Origin: an uncultured bacterium
Lineage (GTDB): Bacteria > Zhuqueibacterota > QNDG01 > DTFT01
Assembly: GCA_963736115.1 (NCBI GenBank)
Contig: CAVTNR010000010.1
Location: 134,071 to 198,070 of the forward strand
Length of the DNA stretch: 64,000 nt
Direction: 5' to 3'
Positions 44,360 through 54,925 of this stretch are shown here, piece after piece (position 1 is the first letter of the stretch; each line of letters starts with the position of its first letter). The position numbers and the translations under genes are program-made. The notes under the pieces are model-generated. The model made no database searches. It worked only from the letters and a program-made list of their open reading frames with translations, and was not told the origin of the DNA.

Positions 44360-45907
44360 ATGCAAAGCTTCAAGACCACAACCACTGACAAGAATATTGT
44401 CGACCGGACGAAGCGGAAATCCGCGGCATCCAGGGTGATCAGCGAAGCGCGACGCGATGCTACCAATGGCGTTGTCAAACCCCAGCAATACGAAGTCGAA
44501 CGCATGGTCTCCTATGCGGAAAACCACATTAACGCCAAATTTGTCATTCCGGTATTTGTCATAACCATTGCCGCAGTCCTCAGCAGTTGGCTCGGCATAA
44601 CCCTGACACTCTATTGGGCGGCCATCACACTGCTCGCCTACGGACTCCAGATCGTGACTTGCAACCGCTTTGTAAAAAGCGAGGAGACCACGATTGACCT
44701 GGTCAAGTGGCGGCGAACGTTCCTGCTTACCCAGGTAATGGTTGCGATAAGCTGGTCATTGATTGCGGTATTCCATTGCGCGACCTGTACCATTGCCGAC
44801 ACATTTTTCATTGTCCAGTTTTCCACCATTCTGGTCCTTCAGGCTGTAACCATGATGTTGTGTTACAGCTTTGGCTACAGCCTGCTGGTCACTTCTGCTC
44901 CTCCCAGCATCATTCTGGCAATCTTTCTCAGTTTGAGTTACGAACCGGCTTCCATGATCATGGCAACTATCCTGATCATGTCACAAGCCTTCTTCTATAT
45001 CATTGCCAACCGTTTTCGCTTGTCTCTTCTGACGGATCTGGCCAACCGCGCCGAGCGCGAAAACCTGATCGCTGAACTTGAAACGGCAAAATCCATATCC
45101 GAGGAAGCGAGAAGACGGGCTGAAGAAGCCAATCTGGCAAAATCACGGTTTCTGGCAACCATGAGCCATGAGTTGAGAACACCTCTCAATGCCATTCTGG
45201 GCTTTTCCGAGGTGATGCAGGAAGAGGTTTTGGGGCCATTGGGCAACGAGACATACAAGGGATATGTTACCGATATCAACAATTCCGGTGCACATCTGTT
45301 GAATGTGATCAACGAAATTCTGGATCTTTCCCGCATTGAGGCCGGAAGGCAGGAACTTCAGGAAGAAGCCTTGCGCCTGTGCCATGTGGTTGAGGATGCC
45401 ATGCACATGGTTGAACTCAAAGCGCGCACCAAAGGCATCAATCTCGTTTACAAGTATCAGGATGAAATGCCGCTTATTTGGGCCGATGAAAAAGCTGTGC
45501 GCCAGATTGCCTTGAACCTTTTGTCCAATGCCCTGAAGTTTACCCCGAGCGGGGGAACCATAACGGTGAATATCGGCTGGACCAGCAAGGGCGGCCAGTA
45601 TTTCTCGGTCACGGATACGGGTCCGGGTATCCCTGAAGATGAAATACCGATTGTGCTTTCATCGTTCGGGCAAGGCTCGATTGCAATCAAAAGCGCCGAA
45701 CAGGGAAGCGGCCTCGGACTGCCTATTGTCCAGGCCCTGATGCATATGCATGACGGCAAATTCGATCTCCGCTCAAAGCTGCGCGAGGGCACGGTGGCAA
45801 TTGCCACATTCCCGCGTTCGCGCGTGCTTGAAATCATGGAAAAAGCAGCAATTTCCGGCGCAGCAAAAAACAAGCCCAGCCTCGCAAAAGCCCGCCAGGC
45901 TTCGTAG
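44360..45907 (+). CDS. Membrane sensor histidine kinase (PleC/DivJ-like HisKA)
   Basis: AKSRFLATMSHELRTPLNAILGFSE, NLLSNALKFT, DTGPGI, GSGLGL. Confidence 0.93.
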   Translation: MQSFKTTTTDKNIVDRTKRKSAASRVISEARRDATNGVVKPQQYEVERMVSYAENHINAKFVIPVFVITIAAVLSSWLGITLTLYWAAITLLAYGLQIVTCNRFVKSEETTIDLVKWRRTFLLTQVMVAISWSLIAVFHCATCTIADTFFIVQFSTILVLQAVTMMLCYSFGYSLLVTSAPPSIILAIFLSLSYEPASMIMATILIMSQAFFYIIANRFRLSLLTDLANRAERENLIAELETAKSISEEARRRAEEANLAKSRFLATMSHELRTPLNAILGFSEVMQEEVLGPLGNETYKGYVTDINNSGAHLLNVINEILDLSRIEAGRQELQEEALRLCHVVEDAMHMVELKARTKGINLVYKYQDEMPLIWADEKAVRQIALNLLSNALKFTPSGGTITVNIGWTSKGGQYFSVTDTGPGIPEDEIPIVLSSFGQGSIAIKSAEQGSGLGLPIVQALMHMHDGKFDLRSKLREGTVAIATFPRSRVLEIMEKAAISGAAKNKPSLAKARQAS

Positions 45908-45929
45908 TCCGGTAAATTCAGACCAGGTA

Positions 45930-46940
45930 TCAGGCCTGGATAACCACACCGCCATGGATTGCAGCAACCGATTTGATAAGGCCGATTGCCTGTGCAGCAG
46001 CTGCCCCGTCACCTATCATGCCGAAATCGTCGAGAACAACCGGCAGTCCGCTTGCCGCGACTGCATGACGATAACCTGAACCTGACCTTTCATCGCCATT
46101 CCCCGAAGTGGCAACAACACAATGATCGCAAAGGCTCTTGTCAATTCGCTGAAGCAGTAAAACGACTGCCATGACGCTCGGACCATCAAGAACAACCGGG
46201 ATATGGTTGACACGGGCAGCCAGGATTGCTCCGGCAACTGCGGAATGTTCCCGTCCGCCAAGACGTCGCAACAGTTCCAGCGGCTCAACGCCCGCCCCGC
46301 CATGCAGTGCGACCGCCGCTTCCGCCTTTGTCAAACGCTCCTCGATCAGACCTGATTCAAGATGGGAAAGAAATTCGCGGGCCGGTCTTTGGGTGACAAT
46401 GCTTGAAATTGCTGCATTGGCAATCTCGCTCCCCTGCCCGAAGGCTCCAAGTCCAAGTAAGTCAATCCCTCCGGCAATTGCTTCCATGCCAAATCCGATC
46501 GTCGCCGCCGAGCCTTTTTCGTCCATCGCATCCTGATTGGAAATATCTTCAACCGGATACTGCAGCGCCAGATCAAACACCTTGAGCCCGATATCGTGGG
46601 CAGCACAAACCTGGTTTACTGCGCTGCCCCCCGCTGCAAGCCGGGTAACAGTTTCAAGCGTCGGTTCTCCGGCAGGGTTTTCAAGTCCGGTGCCTGCGGC
46701 ATGCGTGCCCGCAAAAAGAGCCAGCATTGGCCGCGACACGTTCGGGCTCTTGCCACTCCAACCCGCCAGCCATTCGCTCAAAAACGCCTGCTTGCCCAAA
46801 TTTCCGAATGTTGCAGCAATTTCTTCATTGCGGATATTCGCAAGCTTCAGTGCCTGCTCATCGTTCTTGGGCATTTGCCCGATAAGATTGCGGATATCAT
46901 CAAAAGGAAGACCGGTAAGAGACACTGTTTGTTTCCTCAA
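45930..46940 (-). CDS. cobT: CobT-like nicotinate-nucleotide:DMB phosphoribosyltransferase (divergent)
   Basis: ALFAGTH, AGGSAVNQ, LKVFDLAL, GMEAIAGG, LRRLGGRE, PVVLDG. Confidence 0.7.
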   Translation of the reverse strand: MRKQTVSLTGLPFDDIRNLIGQMPKNDEQALKLANIRNEEIAATFGNLGKQAFLSEWLAGWSGKSPNVSRPMLALFAGTHAAGTGLENPAGEPTLETVTRLAAGGSAVNQVCAAHDIGLKVFDLALQYPVEDISNQDAMDEKGSAATIGFGMEAIAGGIDLLGLGAFGQGSEIANAAISSIVTQRPAREFLSHLESGLIEERLTKAEAAVALHGGAGVEPLELLRRLGGREHSAVAGAILAARVNHIPVVLDGPSVMAVVLLLQRIDKSLCDHCVVATSGNGDERSGSGYRHAVAASGLPVVLDDFGMIGDGAAAAQAIGLIKSVAAIHGGVVIQA

Positions 46941-47235
46941 TATTTAGCATTGCCGTGAGCGAGTCCCTAACCGGACTTTCTCTGTTGCACAAGGAAACTT
47001 GCCGCTTTTCGTATGATATCCATCGCAAATGAGGAAGAAAACTTGCCAAATCCAGCCAAACTTCCTACCTGAAACACAGGTCGCTTCAAACAGGGCGCCC
47101 CAGTGCAACGTTTCATCCAAAAGGAAGGCTTTTCATTCATCTTGGATGAGGAAAAGTTGCCCTGGATTCAAACATTTTGCGGCCTGCATATCTCAACCAA
47201 ATGATGGCAGGACACAAGGATAACAGGAACCGGAT

Positions 47236-47502
47236 TTGGCCAACATCGCTTCTCCCTGCATACTCGTCTGCTCAATTGATGATGCCAGCGGCTATTGTTT
47301 TGGCTGTGGACGCACACGCGGCGAAATTGCCGGATGGATCAACTTTTCCGCAGACCAGCGCTCGCAAATCATGACCATCCTTCCCGCCCGCATGGAAACG
47401 ATAGAACGAAAGCCGCGCCGCGAAACACGCCGCCAGAAAATCGCACGCGAACGCGGAGAAATACAAGTTCGACCAAGCTCAATCGAATCAAGCGATTTTT
47501 GA
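47236..47502 (+). CDS. DUF1289 protein
   Basis: [22 protein letters not shown]. Confidence 0.85.
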   Translation: MANIASPCILVCSIDDASGYCFGCGRTRGEIAGWINFSADQRSQIMTILPARMETIERKPRRETRRQKIARERGEIQVRPSSIESSDF

Positions 47503-48203
47503 TGCGCGGACTTTGGATCATTCTTGGATTGATCGGGGCGGTTCTTATCCTGCTGATTGCATCCAGTGACACCGGTAAAATATTCGGATTGAAGAACGAC
47601 GCATTTGCCTACACTTTCTATCTCGGAGTTTGGGCAGTGATCGTTAGTTCTGCGGTTATTCCGCGCGCTGGCGGTTTCGCAAAAGCCGCGCGCAATGCAG
47701 TGATTTGGCTGGGGATCATACTGGTTCTGACAACCGGTTATATCTACCGGTTTGATCTGCAGGATCTGGGTTCGCGGCTGACAGCTGGCCTCATTCCCGG
47801 CAGTCCTGTTTCGGGGCAGTCGGGTAGTGGACGAAACCAGATTACCATCATACGCAGCCGGAACGGGCAATTCGAAGCCCAGGCAAGTGTAAATGGTTCG
47901 CCGGTTTCGTTTCTGGTCGACACAGGTGCAAGTTCGGTAGTTTTATCCCACGATGACGCTGTGCGGATCGGGCTCGATCTTTCAGGACTTTCCTATTCGG
48001 TTCCGGTTTCAACCGCCAATGGGATGACCGAGGTAGCCCGCATGACAATCGGCAATCTTGCCATTGGAGAAATTCAACGGGACAATATTGCTGTCATGGT
48101 GGCGCGCCAGGGTGATCTGGATCAAAGTCTGCTCGGGATGAGTTACCTGCAGACTTTCTGGAGTTTCGAAATCCGTGGAGACCGGCTCATCCTGACCGAT
48201 TAA
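47502..48203 (+). CDS. Membrane clan AA aspartic protease (TIGR02281-like)
   Basis: FLVDTGAS, TANG, SLLGMS; N-terminal TMs. Confidence 0.88.
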   Translation: MRGLWIILGLIGAVLILLIASSDTGKIFGLKNDAFAYTFYLGVWAVIVSSAVIPRAGGFAKAARNAVIWLGIILVLTTGYIYRFDLQDLGSRLTAGLIPGSPVSGQSGSGRNQITIIRSRNGQFEAQASVNGSPVSFLVDTGASSVVLSHDDAVRIGLDLSGLSYSVPVSTANGMTEVARMTIGNLAIGEIQRDNIAVMVARQGDLDQSLLGMSYLQTFWSFEIRGDRLILTD

Positions 48204-48241
48204 AGCCGCCTGCCGGTTACAGACGACCATAAAGCTGCCTT

Positions 48242-48712
48242 TCAGGCTGCTTCCGCCTCGGTATTGGGTTTCATATCCTGCTTGATTTCGACAAAAGCCG
48301 CATTGATTTGACGGAACATGTCGCCAATGTATTGCGCAACCTCCCGGGGCAATTCCACTTTGGCGTAGGTATCGGGATGATATTGTTTGGCAAGTTCGAG
48401 ATACGTGTGGCGAACCACCTGGAAATCAGAACCCTTGGCAACTTTCAGAACCTGGTAGGGATCACAATTTTGACCGGTGCGCGGGTCAAGAACCGGCGTC
48501 TTCAGTTTTTCGACAGGTTCCAGTATTGCAATCGCCTGCTTGGAAACAAACCGTTTCTGTCCGTCTTTGGTAACAATCTCAAGAAATGGAGCATTGTAGG
48601 CAAGTACGCCCTGAATGGTCGAACTTGTTCCCATGGAAAGACGACCTGTCATGGTTTTGCCGTCAACCATTGTGATCGTAACTTCTATGGTATCACTGGA
48701 ATTTGAAAACAT
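48242..48712 (-). CDS. C-terminal J-domain protein
   Basis: DPYQVL..Y..LAKQYHPD..INAAF. Confidence 0.8.
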   Translation of the reverse strand: MFSNSSDTIEVTITMVDGKTMTGRLSMGTSSTIQGVLAYNAPFLEIVTKDGQKRFVSKQAIAILEPVEKLKTPVLDPRTGQNCDPYQVLKVAKGSDFQVVRHTYLELAKQYHPDTYAKVELPREVAQYIGDMFRQINAAFVEIKQDMKPNTEAEAA

Positions 48713-48845
48713 CGGCGGCCTCCATTTGTTACGGCCGCCCACTACCGCATGTCATTTGACAGACAATACCCCATACAGGTTAAAATATGTTTACCTGATA
48801 ATTTCGCCAAACAGTTGAAATTGTTTAAAATACCGGTCACCTCAG

Positions 48846-49682
48846 CTACAATATGCTGATGAAAAACCGTATCGAGACGAAAACCAGAAAAAGGCCAAAG
48901 CCGATTTCCAACTGGCGTTTTGTCAATATGTGTGCCGCCTTGACACCGAAAGGCGCCATGAACATCGTAATCGGGATCATCATCGCAAAAGCCAGCAAAT
49001 TGACAAAACCGAATGAAAACGGCGGCAGGTTCCCTGCTCCCCATCCGGCCCAGACATAGCCTATCACACCCGGTATGGAGATGAGAATGCCCGTTCCTGC
49101 GCTTGTTGCGACTGCCTGGTGCATGGGACGTCCGTAAACGGTCATGAAGGTATTGTTCATCACCCCACCACCGATACCCATGAATGTCGACAGGAATCCG
49201 ATAAGCCAGCCCACAACACTTCGCACCCAACCCGTCGGGATGTCACCACCCAGTTTCCATCCGTCTTTTGCAAACAACAGTCGAATGGAGATCAGCAGGG
49301 CGACAACAGCAAATATGCCGCGCAGTCCGGCTCCTGATATATAGGCGGTTACAAGCGATGCGCAGACGACACCAAATGGCACAACATACAAAAAGGATTT
49401 CAGCAAATCCTCGTCCACTGCCCCGCGTGCCTTGTGTTTTCGGTAACTCTGCAGGGAAGTCGGCACAATGATGGCGAGGGACGTGCCAACTGCCACATGC
49501 ATGTTGTGTGCATCCGGAAACTTTAGTGCACCGAGCATCTGATAAAAAACCGGAACAAGTATCGCTCCGCCGCCAATACCAAAAAGGCCAGCCAAAAAAC
49601 CGGCAACAATTCCAGCTATGACAAGGGCAAGTATGAAGGGATAGAGTTCACTCAGTGGCGGCAAAAATTCCACGATTGGCAC
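48846..49682 (-). CDS. TauE/SafE family exporter
   Basis: AGLFGIGGG..VP, AVGTSL, GIGGG, AVATSA. Confidence 0.9.
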   Translation of the reverse strand: MPIVEFLPPLSELYPFILALVIAGIVAGFLAGLFGIGGGAILVPVFYQMLGALKFPDAHNMHVAVGTSLAIIVPTSLQSYRKHKARGAVDEDLLKSFLYVVPFGVVCASLVTAYISGAGLRGIFAVVALLISIRLLFAKDGWKLGGDIPTGWVRSVVGWLIGFLSTFMGIGGGVMNNTFMTVYGRPMHQAVATSAGTGILISIPGVIGYVWAGWGAGNLPPFSFGFVNLLAFAMMIPITMFMAPFGVKAAHILTKRQLEIGFGLFLVFVSIRFFISIL

Positions 49683-49765
49683 TTTCAGGAAGGAACAAGT
49701 GCCAATCGATTATGCCGCCAGCAGTCATGCGTCAAGGCACAAACGCCCCACAATTGATATCGGTG

Positions 49766-50383
49766 TCACATCACCACAACGGTTGTTCCGATCGGAACAC
49801 GGCTGTAAAGATCCTCGACATGCGCGTTCACCATGCGGATGCAGCCGTTGGAGGCTGCCGTTCCAATGGTTTGCGGCTGGGTTGTTCCGTGAATCCGGTA
49901 AAACGTGTCATAACCCTTGTCGAACAGATACAGCGCACGCGAGCCGAGCGGATTGGTTGGACCGCCTGGCATACCGTCCTTGTATTGCGCATATTTGCCG
50001 GGTTCGCGCTCTATCATCTCGTCGGTTGGACGCCAGCCCGGCCATTCCTTTTTCACATCAATCGTGGCTGTGCCAGACCATGCAAGGGCATCACGGCCCA
50101 CACCAACGCCATACCGGCGGGCTGTAAAAGGTGTTTCGACCAGATACAAAAACCGTTTGCTGGTTTCAACAACAATGGTGCCTTTCTTGTATCGCGATGT
50201 ATAGGCAACTCTCTGGGGCGCATATTTGGGATCGACAACAAACGGCTTTGCCTTGGCTTTTTTTACGACCTGTTTTACCTGTTTTTTCTTCTTGGCTGCA
50301 AAAGCCGGATCAGAAAAAACGGATGGAACCGCACTCCCTGCCAAAACCACCGCAATTCCCTTGATCACATCTCTGCGCAGCAT
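49766..50383 (-). CDS. L,D-transpeptidase with Tat-type signal
   Basis: MLRRDVIK signal; NPLGSRALY, YRIHGT, SNGCIRM. Confidence 0.92.
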   Translation of the reverse strand: MLRRDVIKGIAVVLAGSAVPSVFSDPAFAAKKKKQVKQVVKKAKAKPFVVDPKYAPQRVAYTSRYKKGTIVVETSKRFLYLVETPFTARRYGVGVGRDALAWSGTATIDVKKEWPGWRPTDEMIEREPGKYAQYKDGMPGGPTNPLGSRALYLFDKGYDTFYRIHGTTQPQTIGTAASNGCIRMVNAHVEDLYSRVPIGTTVVVM

Positions 50384-50473
50384 TCACATTTCTCCAGGAT
50401 TTCCATAAATCAGCGGCCAACCATCCCGCTTCAAAATTCTCTTACATCGCCTTATCCTTGCGGTCAAACTTGA

Positions 50474-51496
50474 TTACACCACTTCAACAATTCGTGAATC
50501 AGACAGATCTACCGCAGCGAATGCGCTCTCGATAACCTCCACTCCGGCACCAGAAATGCTTGCCTCGCTGCTCAATATCTGCCGCCAGCGGCGCGCACCG
50601 GGCACACCTTGAAAAAGGCCAACCATATGCCGCGTTACCTGATGCAACCGTCCGCCTTTTTGTAGATGATCCTGGGAGTATGCAATCATTCCGGCGATGA
50701 TTTCATCAAAGGAAACAGGGCTGGCCTCGCACTTGTAAAAGCGTTGATCCACTTCCCGAAGGATAAACGGCGTTTGATAAGCCGCCCTGCCCAGCATCAC
50801 CCCGTCCGGCGACACGTCACCAGCCTCGAGCGCCTCCATCGCATGATTCAAGTTCTCAAGCCCCCCGTTCAAACCTATGAAACGAAACCTGTTTTCCGAT
50901 TTGAGGCGGTAAACCCTGTCATAGTCGAGAGGAGGAATTTCGCGGTTCTGTTTAGGGCTGAGGCCTTCAAGCCAGGCCTTGCGCGCATGGACCCACAAAC
51001 CGTCACAGCCTTTTTCCCAGACAGCATTTGCCAGATCATCGAGAGCCGGACCGGTATCCTGATCATCGACGCCAATCCGGCACTTGACCGTTACAGGCAG
51101 GTTCGTGGCAGATTTCATCGCCTCAACGCATTCACCGACAAGACCAGGTTCACGCATCAGGCAGGCACCAAATGTACCGGATTGAACCCTGTCGGAAGGG
51201 CAACCAACGTTCAGATTGAATTCACTGTATCCGTATGGGGCTGCCATTTCGACTGCTTTTGCAAGCTTGTCAGGGCTCGAGCCCCCAAGTTGCAGAGCAA
51301 CAGGTCCGTCTGTCGCGTCACCAAGAAGCCGCTCAAGGTCACCATGGATTATTGCATCGGCTACGATCATCTCACTATAGAGCAGAGCGTGCCTTGTCAT
51401 GATCCTGTGAAAATAACGGCAATGCCTGTCGGTCCAGTCGATCATGGGCGCGACTGAGAATATTTTCTCTTTGTTTTTCAATGCTTTAAGGTACAT
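50474..51496 (-). CDS. dusA: tRNA dihydrouridine(20/20a) synthase
   Basis: VAPMIDWTDRHCR, QLGGS, NLNVGCPSDRVQSG, VKCRIG, HARKAWL, GVMLGRAAY. Confidence 0.95.
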   Translation of the reverse strand: MYLKALKNKEKIFSVAPMIDWTDRHCRYFHRIMTRHALLYSEMIVADAIIHGDLERLLGDATDGPVALQLGGSSPDKLAKAVEMAAPYGYSEFNLNVGCPSDRVQSGTFGACLMREPGLVGECVEAMKSATNLPVTVKCRIGVDDQDTGPALDDLANAVWEKGCDGLWVHARKAWLEGLSPKQNREIPPLDYDRVYRLKSENRFRFIGLNGGLENLNHAMEALEAGDVSPDGVMLGRAAYQTPFILREVDQRFYKCEASPVSFDEIIAGMIAYSQDHLQKGGRLHQVTRHMVGLFQGVPGARRWRQILSSEASISGAGVEVIESAFAAVDLSDSRIVEVV

Positions 51497-51770
51497 TTTT
51501 ATGGAATTTCGTCTTCAACAGTCTTCACATGTTGGAATGTATTTCACGGTCAAGCTTACGTGTTGATCGCGGCATACGGATGGCTTGCTTGCTTGACAGG
51601 GCGTACACGACATAATCGCAATCTTCAAGGTATAACGGGGCAATCGGCACCATAGGCACTTGAGTATGCCAAGCACCTGCACAATTTTCCTGAATGAATA
51701 AATCAGTTCAGGACGCGCACTATCATCTGTCACATGAAAATCGCCACATCGCGGATGCCTGCACTTTTGC

Positions 51771-51786
51771 TGCGAAGCGCTTTGTG
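51771..51786. promoter_or_regulatory. Possible LacI-type operator
   Basis: TGCGAAGCGCTTTGTG, CG-centred palindrome core AAGCGCTT, about 100 bp upstream of the LacI gene. Confidence 0.35.
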
Positions 51787-51888
51787 TTTAATAGAGCTTG
51801 GCACCAATGATCAGGAACACACTTTGCTTGAATTTGCAGTATCTTCATTTCGGATATCCGGCCAAACGGCAACTCTGGAGAACGAAGT

Positions 51889-52902
51889 ATGGCAGTAACT
51901 CTTCGAGAGGTAGCCGAGCGAGCCGGCGTTTCCCGTTCTGCTGTCTCTCGCACTTTCACCGAGGGCGCGTCGGTTTCGCCTTCCACCAGGGCACTTGTTC
52001 TCGAAGCCGCCAATGAGCTCGGTTACGTTCCAAGCATCCTTGCATCAGGCCTCAGCACTGGTCGCACCAAATTGATCGGACTGGTTTCCAACAACTTCGA
52101 AAATCCGTTCTTTCTGGAGATTTTCAACCAGTTTACCCAACATCTGCAGGCTCGCGGCCTGCGACCGCTGTTGGTAAACCTCACAGACAACCGCGAACCG
52201 GAATCCTCCGCTGCCCTGTTGCGGCAATATTCGGTGGATGGGGTTGTCGTTGCCTCCTCAACCTTGCCTCCTGAATTCTCCACGGCATTTGCCCAGGCTG
52301 GTCTTCCTGTGGTTCACGCATTTGCCCGCCATCTCAAGCGCCCGGATATTGATACCGTAGGCGTTGACAATGTCGAGGTTGGCAGGATGGCGGCGCGGTT
52401 GTTTCATTCGCGCGGCTACCGGAAAGTCGGATTTCTTGGCGGACCTGAATGGGCAACTTCAACCATTGACAGACACAACGGGTTTCTGAAAATGGCTTCA
52501 CAACTGGATGCCATGGAGGTGACTTCCGGGTTTTCAGCCAACTACGCTTTTGATGCAGGCAGGCAGGCGATGGCGCGAATACTGGATAAGGGTGAACCTG
52601 CCGAGGCATATTTTTGCGGCGATGACGTGCTATCCATAGGTGCGATGACAATGCTGCGCGAACGTGGCTTTTCGATCCCCGGTCAGGTTGGGCTTTTGGG
52701 TGTCAATGACATGGAAATGGCGCATTGGCAGAACATCGCTCTGACTACCATACACCAGCCCGTGGGCAAGATCGTCGAGGCGGTCGTTCAGCGATTATGC
52801 GAACTGATGCAATCACCAGATTCACCCGCGAGAGCCATTCTTTTTGAACCAACGCTTGTGGAACGTTCAACACTGAGAGCTCTCCCCGAAAGTTCAGCTT
52901 GA
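51889..52902 (+). CDS. LacI family regulator
   Basis: TLREVAERAGVSRSAVSR HTH, NPFF, D..SIG, LTTIHQP. Confidence 0.93.
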   Translation: MAVTLREVAERAGVSRSAVSRTFTEGASVSPSTRALVLEAANELGYVPSILASGLSTGRTKLIGLVSNNFENPFFLEIFNQFTQHLQARGLRPLLVNLTDNREPESSAALLRQYSVDGVVVASSTLPPEFSTAFAQAGLPVVHAFARHLKRPDIDTVGVDNVEVGRMAARLFHSRGYRKVGFLGGPEWATSTIDRHNGFLKMASQLDAMEVTSGFSANYAFDAGRQAMARILDKGEPAEAYFCGDDVLSIGAMTMLRERGFSIPGQVGLLGVNDMEMAHWQNIALTTIHQPVGKIVEAVVQRLCELMQSPDSPARAILFEPTLVERSTLRALPESSA

Positions 52903-52947
52903 GGAGTTCCTCCCGGCCTGACATCGTTTTACCCTCTGGACTGATCG

Positions 52948-54108
52948 CTATTTTTGAAACATCGGCGGCCTCGCATCACGCCATGCACCCTGATCTTTGC
53001 CAGATTGTGCCACCGCATAAATTGCCGCGATGGAACGAAGACCGTCAATCGCGCGCGGATAAAGATTGGCAGCAGGATCAGGTGATCTTCCCGATTTGTG
53101 TGCGGAAATGACTTCGGCCAAATCCTTGTAGATATTGGCAAAGGCTAGCGGCATGCCCTCGGCGTGACCAATGGTGACACGGCTGGTGCGATCAGCTTCC
53201 GGCGAAAGGCCCGCCTCACCGCGCTCGATGGTCTGAAGCCTGCCGCCCAGTTCCATCCAGAATAGCTGGTTCGGCTGTTCCTGCGACCAGCGCAGTCCGC
53301 CCTTTTCACCAAACACCTGGAGTGTAAGGCCATGCTGGCGGCCAATGGCAACCGATGACGTCCACAATCTGCCGATGGCACCGCCATTCATGCGGAAATT
53401 GACCATCGCATCGTCTTCAAGTTCCCGGCTTTCAATGCAGGAGGCACAATCAGCGGAGAGCTTTTCGACTTCCTGGCCGGTAACAAAACTTGCCATATGC
53501 ATAGCGTGAATACCGCAATCGGCGAACTGGGCAGAAACGCCCGCCTGGGCAGGATCATACCGCCAGCGCACCCGTGGATTATCGGCATCCGCTGCATTAG
53601 CATGATGACCATGGGCAAATTCTGCCACCACAAGCCGGATACGGCCCAGATCCCCTCTCCCAACCATTGCCCGCATGTGCCGGACCAGCGAATAGCCTGT
53701 GTAGCCATAGTTGACAGCGCAGATCATTCCGGATCTTTCACTGATCCGCACGATCTCCTCAGCCTCCTCGACGGTAATGGTCATCGGCTTTTCACAAAGC
53801 ACATGAAATCCGGCCTCAAGATAGGCCTTTGTGATCTCAAAATGTGTGTTGTTGGGAGTTGCCACCGTTACAAGATCCACACGGTCCGGGCGATCTTTCT
53901 CACCTTCAAGCATTTCACGCCAGTCACCATAGGACCGCTCAGCTGCGAGACCAAGCCGCTTGCCATAGTCGCGACCCGCATCCGGACGATGGTCAAGCGC
54001 TCCCGCAGTAAAGTCAAACAAGCCGTCAAGCCCTGCGCCGAGCCTGTGGGCCGGACCGATCTGGCTGCCTTCGCCGCCGCCAATCATGCCCCATTTCAAT
54101 TTGGACAT
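52948..54108 (-). CDS. Gfo/Idh/MocA oxidoreductase
   Basis: GMIGGGEG, VATPN..H, CEKPM, WRYDP, DCGIH. Confidence 0.9.
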   Translation of the reverse strand: MSKLKWGMIGGGEGSQIGPAHRLGAGLDGLFDFTAGALDHRPDAGRDYGKRLGLAAERSYGDWREMLEGEKDRPDRVDLVTVATPNNTHFEITKAYLEAGFHVLCEKPMTITVEEAEEIVRISERSGMICAVNYGYTGYSLVRHMRAMVGRGDLGRIRLVVAEFAHGHHANAADADNPRVRWRYDPAQAGVSAQFADCGIHAMHMASFVTGQEVEKLSADCASCIESRELEDDAMVNFRMNGGAIGRLWTSSVAIGRQHGLTLQVFGEKGGLRWSQEQPNQLFWMELGGRLQTIERGEAGLSPEADRTSRVTIGHAEGMPLAFANIYKDLAEVISAHKSGRSPDPAANLYPRAIDGLRSIAAIYAVAQSGKDQGAWRDARPPMFQK

Positions 54109-54134
54109 ACTTACACCTGTGATGTTGTTGAGAT

Positions 54135-54925
54135 TTAGATTTCAGAAATTTTTTGCCATTTGCCATTCTCATGGCTTTTCCAGCACGCCTCAATGACGCG
54201 GTTAACCTCCAGCCCGTCGCGGAAGGTTGGCCACACCGCAGCGCCTGTTTCAATTGCCGCAAGGAAGTCCTTCGCCTCAATGATAATCTGGTCCTGGTAG
54301 CCTGTCCCATGCCCCGGCCCCTGGCAGAACGGCAGGAAGTCCGGATGAGCTGGACCTGCAAGTATCTTTACAAAGCCACGGGTACTCTCGGGTCCTTCAG
54401 CGCGATAAAGCCAGATTGCGTTCTGGTCCTCCTGATCAAACCGGATAGCACCTTTTGTACCTGTTATTTCATAGCAATAACCCATCTTGCGTCCATGGCT
54501 GACGCGACTTGAAAAGATGTGCCCCATGGCTCCATTTTCAAAACGACACATCATTTGAGCCTGGTCATCATTGAGCACGGCTTGAGGACCCTCCGGCCCG
54601 GGACGCTCTTTGTGAACGGTTGCTATCATGGCATTGACCTCGCTAATCGGTCCGGCCAGCGCAAGCGCCGCATTGATCGGATGGGGTGCCAGATCGCCCA
54701 TGTTTCCGGTCGAACGGTCCTGTGTGCGCCAATGAGCCGGCGCCAGCGGATCTGCAAGAAAATCTTCGGTCTGCTCACCGCGATACCAGACAATCTCTCC
54801 GATTGTGCCTTCCTGAAGCAATTGACGTACAAATTGCGAAGCTGGCGTGCGAATGTAATTGTAGCCCACCATATTGACCACACCCGCCTTTTCGGCGGCA
54901 AGTGTCATTTGCCTTGCCTCCTCGA
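54135..54925 (-). CDS. Gfo/Idh/MocA oxidoreductase, N-terminal Rossmann domain missing (cut at junction)
   Basis: Starts at IEEARQM, just after where EKP should be; VGYNY, GDLAPH, PTFRDG. The upstream sequence is CRISPR repeat. Confidence 0.85.

Noticed and set aside
51497-51888. dusA-associated integrative element
   Set aside because: The dusA 5' end is a known hotspot, but no integrase or att duplication is recognisable here.
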